Below are positions 57,157 to 64,000 of a stretch of 64,000 nucleotides of DNA, in pieces. Position numbers and translations under genes: made by a program. The notes under the pieces are model-generated. The model saw only the letters and a program-made list of their open reading frames with translations, was not told the DNA's origin and did no database searches. Source of the stretch: Leptonemataceae bacterium (GTDB lineage Bacteria > Spirochaetota > Leptospiria > Leptospirales > Leptonemataceae). Position 1 is the first letter of the stretch, and every line of letters starts with the position of its first letter. The stretch spans positions 96,001 through 160,000 of the forward strand of contig OZ245742.1 of NCBI GenBank assembly GCA_965227295.1, given 5' to 3'.

Positions 57157-58731
57157 TCAACAGTGTGTCCCGCCCAGCGCGCAGGCAAATTCGATCCGGC
57201 GTGCCGTGGTCCGCATCTCCGTACGCAAAGCCTCAGGGCGAACGTTACTCGTTTCGAGAAATTTTTGAAGAATACCCGGCGCGCCGTCACAGGCCGGGCT
57301 CACAGGTATTGCCGGCCCCGACTCCGGTGTTTCCAGAAAATACGCGGGATGGGTGACCAGGTTTTTCAGGCCTTCCGGATTGGGAAAATCGTACACGTCG
57401 ATCCGCCCCACGCGGACCTGCTCCGGCGTGTCGCCGGCCTTGATCGACACTTCACCGCTTTTGCTGATTGTGAAGGACGCGAGCCTTCCGCCGGACGGCA
57501 GGATGATCGGAGGTTCCAGGGGACGACCGCGGGCATCCACAAGCTGCTGCTTGCTATCAATTTTAAGACGACCGTCCCGGGTGTAAGCCGATCCACCGCC
57601 GGGCAGGCGTATTTTGAAGAAACCGTTCTCCGCCGTCAGGGCCAGGTCGAAATGATTTCCGGTGGCTTTCAGAGAGCCCATGCGAAAATCCCGGGTGATG
57701 CGTGCACCATTCTCCGTGGCCTGGATTGAGAGAGCTTTGTATCCCGGGGTTCGCTCATGAGCCGCGTTCTCCGCATGCACCTCCATCGCTCTCGTAAGAT
57801 ACGCGGTCCAGGCCTGAAAGATTTCCGGTGCCGGCAGGCCGGCCGAAAACACCGGACGATCATCCAGTTTGCCGGCCGCCGCTCGCAGCGCGTCGCGTAA
57901 GTTCAAGAGTGCGGTAATGCGCACGGTCTCGCGGTCGAAGCGAACGTTGCTCTCCTCCACAAATCCTTGCAGCATTCTTTCTCCGGATCGGTGCACGCGA
58001 TCCGGAGAAAGAAACGTATCGATCACGCCGATCGAGGTAGGTTCGATCTCATCACGGCGATGAACACTCACCGTCCCGTTTTTATCGATGCGCAGAGTAT
58101 GCGATGCGGCGTCCACCGGCAGTACGATGTACGGATCGAGAAGATGTCCGTTCCGATTCACGACCTCGCGTTTCCGGTTCAAGAACAATCGTCCCTGACG
58201 TTCATAGGCGAAGTTCCCATCGGGCAGGATCACTCTCAACAAGCCGTTTCCGCGAAGGGCGATGTCCAGCGAACGACCTGTGGAACGCAGAGGACCGGGC
58301 GCAGGATCGACGGACTCCGCGCCCTGGAGTATGCGGCGCAGTTCCGCCGCAGCCAGGTCCGGTCTTGCATCGGCCCGCGCGCGAGACCAATCGAAGGTTC
58401 GCCGCCGGTAACCGGGACGATCCAGGCCACGGAGATTCTGCCAGCCCAGTTCGACTTGAAAATCAACGATGCTTAAGGCCAGCAGCAAGCGCGGAAGATC
58501 CCCCGGCTCCGGTTCAAGCATTTGCGGCACGCCTGCGTACGCAAAGACGTCGCCGAGCATGGCTCGATCGTTTTCGGCAACGTCGTCCAGCATGAGTCGC
58601 ACGCCCGCCCGAGGAGCAGCCGGCCCGCCGGACACGGTTACGAAAAACAGAAACGCAAGGACGGCCTTACGCAACAACCACGCCGGCCGACGGTCACGCT
58701 TTCCCCGGGGCCGCAAAGAAGCATTCATCAT
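57157..58731 (-). CDS. atypical flagellar rod/hook (FlgG-like) protein with two tandem units and N-terminal hydrophobic leader
   Basis: TGRSLDIALRGNG..AYERQG..QGFVEESNV, then AENAAH..TPGYK..TGNHFDLAL..YTRDG..FPNPEGL..QKFLETSNV. Confidence 0.8.
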   Translation of the reverse strand: MMNASLRPRGKRDRRPAWLLRKAVLAFLFFVTVSGGPAAPRAGVRLMLDDVAENDRAMLGDVFAYAGVPQMLEPEPGDLPRLLLALSIVDFQVELGWQNLRGLDRPGYRRRTFDWSRARADARPDLAAAELRRILQGAESVDPAPGPLRSTGRSLDIALRGNGLLRVILPDGNFAYERQGRLFLNRKREVVNRNGHLLDPYIVLPVDAASHTLRIDKNGTVSVHRRDEIEPTSIGVIDTFLSPDRVHRSGERMLQGFVEESNVRFDRETVRITALLNLRDALRAAAGKLDDRPVFSAGLPAPEIFQAWTAYLTRAMEVHAENAAHERTPGYKALSIQATENGARITRDFRMGSLKATGNHFDLALTAENGFFKIRLPGGGSAYTRDGRLKIDSKQQLVDARGRPLEPPIILPSGGRLASFTISKSGEVSIKAGDTPEQVRVGRIDVYDFPNPEGLKNLVTHPAYFLETPESGPAIPVSPACDGAPGILQKFLETSNVRPEALRTEMRTTARRIEFACALGGTHC

Positions 58732-61613
58732 ACCGAACTAACGTACACCTGCAACAACTCCAATCGCGTACCCACGCGGCTGTCACTCCGAATACGATGC
58801 ACCTTCAGCTCGCGTTCCTGGCGGGCCTTGATTAACTCATTCTCCGTGCGGGTTAGCTGGGCCCGGTTTACCGTCGTCGGTTCCTGCTTGTGACGCAGGC
58901 GGGCCCGGTCCAGTTTTTCTTCGAGCTGGCGAATCTTTTTCCCGTAGCTGATCTCCAGCTTGTACTCTTCTTTCTTAAAGACGCTGTGCAGATTGCCCAT
59001 AAGATCGTCGGCCCGGCGGGCGGCTTCTTTTTCCAGGGCGCCGAGGGCCGTCTTCGCCGCCTGTTCCAGGGCGCGACGATCCAGCATGCCGGGACCGCTG
59101 TGCGTGAACGCCGCGCTCTCTACGCGACGATCGTTCGCGGAACCGGCGGGGATCAGGATGTCGTCCGGTATCGTGACGTGACCGCGCTCGTCCACCAGGC
59201 AGGAAAGCAGTTCGGCCCGGGACATGCCGTTCAGAAAGTAACACACGAATACGAAGTAGTGCCCACGCCAGCCCGGGGAAACCAGGCGCTGCACGCTCCG
59301 CCGCCGCGGATGCTCCAGGAAAAAACGGAGGGCCTCGTCCACGAGGGGGTGACCCACCGCCAGGAATTCCAGGTAGTCCTTCTCGAGGGCGAGTTCCGAA
59401 CGAAACGTCGCCGGCCGGGAGCGCGCGTTCTGCGGATCGTTTTCCGGATCATCGCCCAGGTCCCGGAGCACGTAGTCCGCTACGGGGCTTTCGCCGGAAA
59501 ACGCCGGCGCCCCGCGACCGTCGGTTAACTTAGGAGCGGCAGAAGTTAACTCCCAACGCGAGCCGGGGGCTTCTTCCAGGTATTGCAGGACCACGCTTTC
59601 GATCTCAGCGTTTTCAATCTCCCGGCGCTCGCAGGTGTGTTCGTAGTAGTCGCTGAGATCGAAGTCGACGCAGTGCGGCGTCACCAGGTCGCCGAGTTTG
59701 CGGTAGCCGCTCTCGGAGAGCGCGATCTTCGCTTCCAGTTCGTCCTCGAGTTCCTGCTTCGATTTTTTGCCGGTGACGAAGCGCATCAGGGAGCCCTCAA
59801 AGTCCATCTCCGACTCCAGGGTGCCCAGCAGGATGTCCGGCGTCCCGATGGTGTGTTCGAAGAGTTTGATTTTACGCTCCAGGACTTCCAGAATGCGTTC
59901 CGCCACGGTATCCCGGGTGGCGAAGTTGATGATGAAGACGTCTTTGGTCTGCCCGAAGCGGTGCAGGCGACCGATGCGCTGTTCGATCTTGAGCGGGGAC
60001 CAGGGCAGATCGTAATTGATGAGAATGTTCGCGAACTGAAGGTTGCGGCCCTCGCCGCCGGCCTCGGTGCAGATGAGTACCTCGATGTCCTCTTTGAACG
60101 CGCGCACGGCGTCTTCTTTCTCGTTGATGTTCAACGAACCGTGAAAGACGGCCACGGAGAACTTTTTGCGCAGCTCGTCGGCGATGTAGTCCTGGGTCGT
60201 GCGGAACTGGGTGAAGATCAAAAACTTCGGATGCCCTTCTTTCTTCAGGCGCTCCATGGTTTCGATCATTTTGATGAGCTTGCGGTCGTGTTTCACCGCG
60301 CGGCCGAGCTTGATCAAGAAACCCAGGGTCATCACTTCTTTGCGCAGATCTTTGAGCGTGCGCACCTGTTCGTCTTCGTCCGCGAAATCGATGCCGCTGT
60401 TCTCGATGTCTTCGATGGGATCCTCGCTGTCTTCGATTTGGTCCAGCAAAGATTCGAAGCGCGCGCCGCCTTTACTTTCGGCGAGCATGGCCCGCGAAGC
60501 CGGACCGAACAGCTTTTGTTCTAAGTGATTCTTGCGGCGTTCTAAGGCGCGCAGCAAGGCCCGGGTCGAGGAGTCCAGAAGTTTCTGGAAGACGATCATG
60601 ATGAACGTCACCGCACGATTTTTTTCGCGCATGGCCAGGTTGTACTCCCGGCGCACGTAGTCGGTGGTCTCGTCGTAGAACGCGCGCTCCTCCGGCGAAA
60701 GTTCGAAGCGCACGGTGCGGGCGTGGCGTTTCGTAAAGCCGCCGACTTCCACTTTGCGGCGGCGCAGCAACACCCGGCTGATCTTCTGCTTCAATTCACC
60801 CAGGCGCCGGCGACCGGCCTCGTCCTCGCCGTCGACGTTCATGATGTACTCTTGTAGAAAGGATTGGTGCGGCCCCAGTAAGTGCGGATCGACCAATCTT
60901 ACTAAATAGTAGAGTTCTTCGAGCTTGCCGCGAAAGGGCGTCGCCGTGAGCAACAGCATGGCCTCGCAGCGGGACGCAAGCTTTTCGGCGAAGGCGTAAG
61001 CGTGGGTGACTTTGGAGTAATCGCGCCGCAGTCGATGGGCCTCGTCGAAGACGACGACGTCCCACTTGTTCTTGAGGATGTCCGCGGAGTACTTCGGGTT
61101 CTTGACGAAATCGATGGACGTGATGATGCGCGGATGCTTCGACCAGGCCGAGGCCGCCTCGTAGAAGTTCTTACGATTCACGATCGAGAACTCCTCGTTG
61201 AACTTGGAGCGCATCTCCTGCTGCCACTGCACGGTCAGCGGCGCGGGCACGGCCACCAGCACGCGGCGGTAGCCTTTTCTAAACATCAGTTCTTTGAGAA
61301 TTAAGCCGGCCTCGATGGTTTTCCCCAGGCCCACCTCGTCCGCCAGAATAAAACGCGGCCGCAGGGCGTTCGCCACGAGGTGGGTCGCTTCGATCTGGTG
61401 CGGCAGGAGGCGCGTCCGCGAATTCGAGAGCGAGGACAGCTTGTCGTAGAGGTGGCTGAGTTTAATGCGATGCGCATCCAGGACGCCCCGGGCGAACCGG
61501 GCGTCTTCACGAACGACGAGTTCATCGAGGAACAGACCGGCGCCGGGCCGGTTGCGTTCGGGGGCCAGGCCCCCCTGCTCAAACGGCAGCAGACTCTGCT
61601 CGGGATAGCTCAT
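58728..61613 (-). CDS. SNF2/RapA-like helicase
   Basis: LLPHQ, LADEVGLGKT, DEAH, LLLTATP, EAGGEGRNLQ, YDLPW, EQRIGRLHRFGQ. Confidence 0.94.
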   Translation of the reverse strand: MSYPEQSLLPFEQGGLAPERNRPGAGLFLDELVVREDARFARGVLDAHRIKLSHLYDKLSSLSNSRTRLLPHQIEATHLVANALRPRFILADEVGLGKTIEAGLILKELMFRKGYRRVLVAVPAPLTVQWQQEMRSKFNEEFSIVNRKNFYEAASAWSKHPRIITSIDFVKNPKYSADILKNKWDVVVFDEAHRLRRDYSKVTHAYAFAEKLASRCEAMLLLTATPFRGKLEELYYLVRLVDPHLLGPHQSFLQEYIMNVDGEDEAGRRRLGELKQKISRVLLRRRKVEVGGFTKRHARTVRFELSPEERAFYDETTDYVRREYNLAMREKNRAVTFIMIVFQKLLDSSTRALLRALERRKNHLEQKLFGPASRAMLAESKGGARFESLLDQIEDSEDPIEDIENSGIDFADEDEQVRTLKDLRKEVMTLGFLIKLGRAVKHDRKLIKMIETMERLKKEGHPKFLIFTQFRTTQDYIADELRKKFSVAVFHGSLNINEKEDAVRAFKEDIEVLICTEAGGEGRNLQFANILINYDLPWSPLKIEQRIGRLHRFGQTKDVFIINFATRDTVAERILEVLERKIKLFEHTIGTPDILLGTLESEMDFEGSLMRFVTGKKSKQELEDELEAKIALSESGYRKLGDLVTPHCVDFDLSDYYEHTCERREIENAEIESVVLQYLEEAPGSRWELTSAAPKLTDGRGAPAFSGESPVADYVLRDLGDDPENDPQNARSRPATFRSELALEKDYLEFLAVGHPLVDEALRFFLEHPRRRSVQRLVSPGWRGHYFVFVCYFLNGMSRAELLSCLVDERGHVTIPDDILIPAGSANDRRVESAAFTHSGPGMLDRRALEQAAKTALGALEKEAARRADDLMGNLHSVFKKEEYKLEISYGKKIRQLEEKLDRARLRHKQEPTTVNRAQLTRTENELIKARQERELKVHRIRSDSRVGTRLELLQVYVSSV

Positions 61614-61748
61614 AAACAGCAGCGACAATGGACACCCAACCCGGGCCTCCTGGCAAGTGGAATTATGTCGCATATTGGATGCGCATCCCTGGCGCAAGAG
61701 CCGTGAACGATACTTTTTCTGTTTTCCCGGAAACACCACCGTGTATCT

Positions 61749-62840
61749 GTGCACTCAGTGTCGGAGTTCCTACACATCGCCCGGATGACCGCCTGGGCCG
61801 CCCTGATCGTGCTCTGCATCGCCTGCCGCGCCCAGGTCCGCAACGGCGACCGGATCCAGGCCGATCCGTACCTCGAGTACTCCGCCGAACTCCGGGCCCT
61901 GGTGCCCATGGAAACGCCCGATCCGAACGATCGCATCACCGGCATCGGCGAGACGGATTCCGGCGCATCCGCGGAGTCAGCTGAGGCCGCGGAACCTCCA
62001 ACCTACGACCCGGACCCGGAGCGGGTTCTCGAGGCCCTGAGCGGGGCCGGGAACGTCGCGGCCCGAAACGATCGGGGCGTGGCCCGGGCAAAGCTGCTGG
62101 ACCTGGACCTGGCCGAGGCCGAGTTCCGCGACGCCATGCGGGGCGGCGGCGGGAACGTCCTCCCGTTCACGAATCTCGCGCGGCTCTACGTCCTGGTGGG
62201 CGAGGACGAGCGGGCGCGTAACGTCTACGGCGATTTGACGGCCACCGATGCCGTCGCCGCCGACGCCCTCTACGAGCGGGCCCTCGCCTACGAACGGCAA
62301 CGCCGCTTCACCGAGGCGACCCTTATTATGGAAGCTCTCGTCAATCGGAAGCTGCGCACGATCGACAGCGCGCTGTGGCTGGCCGCCGCGGCCATGCGGG
62401 CGAACGACTTCGGCCGTGCCCGGAACTACTACGACGCCGTGCTCGCCTTGGATGCAAAGAACCCGCACGGGCTCTTCGGCCGTGGTTACATCAGCTACCT
62501 GGCGCAGGATTACGAGGATGCCATGCTCTTTCTCGGTCTGGCCCGGGACAACGGATCCCGGGAACCGCAGCTCCCGTACTACCTCACCCACGCGCTGTTC
62601 CAGGAGAAGGAGTATGATCGGGCGCTGGCCGTGGCCCGCAGCACGCAGAATCCGTCCATCGAACTGATCGCCCTGCACGGCCGGGTGCGGCTCATCCTGG
62701 ACTACCGCGACGATCTGAGCGACCTGCTCCGGCAGGTTTCGGACGAAAAAGATCGGGCCATGCTGCGCCGGGCCTGGTTCGGCGACGAAGATCTGCGATC
62801 CCTCCCGGAGCTGCGCAGAGAATTCGAATACCTGTACTGA
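61749..62840 (+). CDS. tetratricopeptide repeat lipoprotein
   Basis: Lipobox-like CIAC; repeated TPR-like helices (ARNDRGVA..AEAEF, ARNYYDAVLALD). Start may be 61785. Confidence 0.8.
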   Translation: MHSVSEFLHIARMTAWAALIVLCIACRAQVRNGDRIQADPYLEYSAELRALVPMETPDPNDRITGIGETDSGASAESAEAAEPPTYDPDPERVLEALSGAGNVAARNDRGVARAKLLDLDLAEAEFRDAMRGGGGNVLPFTNLARLYVLVGEDERARNVYGDLTATDAVAADALYERALAYERQRRFTEATLIMEALVNRKLRTIDSALWLAAAAMRANDFGRARNYYDAVLALDAKNPHGLFGRGYISYLAQDYEDAMLFLGLARDNGSREPQLPYYLTHALFQEKEYDRALAVARSTQNPSIELIALHGRVRLILDYRDDLSDLLRQVSDEKDRAMLRRAWFGDEDLRSLPELRREFEYLY

Positions 62841-62916
62841 TCCGGCGGCTTTCGCTGAATCTTGCTTCCGGAAAATGTCTTGATCCGTATGTCCGGCCGG
62901 GCGCATCTCTGTCCTG

Positions 62917-64000
62917 ATGCCTGCTTCCTCGCTTCGTCCAGTAACGTTTACCGCCCTGTTCTTTGTCTTTGTCGCCGCCGCGGCCTGCGGCCCCGCCGAA
63001 CCCTCAAAGGGTACCGGTGTCACGGTGGATCCGCTGAATCCGCCGGCGCGGAGCTACTGGCCCACCCGGACGTGGCAGTCCGTTCCGCCCGCGGCCGCCG
63101 GCCTCGATCCGGAAAAGTTCCAGAAGGCCGTAGATTACGCCATGACCAACACGGCCGTGACGACGGGCACCCCCGAAGAGCAGGCCGAAGCCAAAGAGAA
63201 GCGCCGCGGCATTCGCACGGACGGCCTGGTCATCGTGCGCAACGGCAAGATCGTCGGCGAGGCCTACGGCCGCGGCTACACCGAGGACACGCCCCATCTC
63301 AGTTGGTCCGTGGCGAAGAGTTTCACCCAGGCGCTCATCGGCACCGCGGTCCGGGACGGCATTCTGGATCTCGACGGCTTCGCGCATACCTACTACCCCG
63401 CGCTGGATAAGTCCGACCGCCGCGACATGCGCGTGCGCCATTTGTTGAACATGTCCAGCGGATTGTTCTGGGCCGAGGACTACGAGTACGCCCCGCTCAA
63501 ATCCGACGTCGTCGCCATGCTCTACACCCGCGGCCAGGACGACATGCCGGCCTTCGTCGCCGACCGCGCGATGCGCGCCGAACCGGGCACGTTCGTCTTC
63601 TATTCCAGCGGCGACACGAATCTACTGCACGGCATTCTCCGCGGCGCCCTGAACGACGACGAACGCTACACAAACTATCCCTGGCAGGAACTCTTCGATG
63701 TCCTCGGCATGCAGAGCGCCGTGTGGGAACGCGATCCCGCCGGCAACTACGTCGGTTCCTCGTATGTCTACGCCACGCCCCGGGATCTCGCTAAGTTTGG
63801 TTTTCTGTACCTTAACGACGGGACCTGGGACGGCAAACGTCTGCTGCCGGAAGGCTGGGTGGACCTGGCGCGCACACCGGCCCCGGGCTACGCGGTCACC
63901 GAACTCCACAAGGACAACCGTAAGTACCTCTACACCGCGCAGTGGTACGCGAACACGGGCATCCCTACCCGCGAAATCCCGCCGCCCTGGCCCGACGCCC
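62917..64000 (+). CDS. serine hydrolase / beta-lactamase class C family lipoprotein (runs off window; not in the ORF track)
   Basis: Manual translation from ATG 62917: lipobox AAAC, SWSVAKSF (SxxK), HLLNMSSGL, FYSSGDT, RDLAKFGFLYL. Confidence 0.93.
   Translation, partial: MPASSLRPVTFTALFFVFVAAAACGPAEPSKGTGVTVDPLNPPARSYWPTRTWQSVPPAAAGLDPEKFQKAVDYAMTNTAVTTGTPEEQAEAKEKRRGIRTDGLVIVRNGKIVGEAYGRGYTEDTPHLSWSVAKSFTQALIGTAVRDGILDLDGFAHTYYPALDKSDRRDMRVRHLLNMSSGLFWAEDYEYAPLKSDVVAMLYTRGQDDMPAFVADRAMRAEPGTFVFYSSGDTNLLHGILRGALNDDERYTNYPWQELFDVLGMQSAVWERDPAGNYVGSSYVYATPRDLAKFGFLYLNDGTWDGKRLLPEGWVDLARTPAPGYAVTELHKDNRKYLYTAQWYANTGIPTREIPPPWPDA

Noticed and set aside
58728-61613. SNF2 helicase as part of a DISARM/restriction-type defence system
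   Set aside because: No methylase, nuclease or other defence gene is adjacent, and codon usage is host-like.

Overview
GC-rich bacterial chromosomal segment, most likely from a Leptospirales spirochaete. This is inferred from a TIGR04388-like giant protein, many lipoproteins, FecR/MORN and STAS proteins, and a spirochaete-type EF-G remnant. It holds about 50 CDS; I saw no rRNA, tRNA or CRISPR array. Housekeeping and envelope genes include SCO, AgcS, PlsC, a CpxRA/Spy-like module, MOSC, a DUF1800-like/DUF1501 pair, an ECF41 sigma factor with an oxidoreductase, an SNF2/RapA-like helicase and a serine hydrolase. Several accessory loci are interspersed: (i) the 3' end of an IS110 element; (ii) an AT-richer three-gene cassette encoding a 1063-aa exported unknown protein, a cryptic CHAT/caspase-like protease and a 2-TM protein; (iii) a StlD/DarB-type ketosynthase fused to a heme-oxygenase-like dimetal domain, with DUF6999-like and MMPL genes nearby; (iv) an EF-G pseudogene with several deletions; (v) a 2211-aa polymorphic toxin with a Hint domain and a HopBF1-like kinase tip, followed by a candidate immunity gene; (vi) a 9-kb GtrAB/GT-C glycosylation cassette with a GT-C-phosphoribulokinase fusion, bracketed by a 52-bp direct repeat from an unusual tandem-FlgG gene. 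All family calls come from motif recognition by eye; no database search was run.
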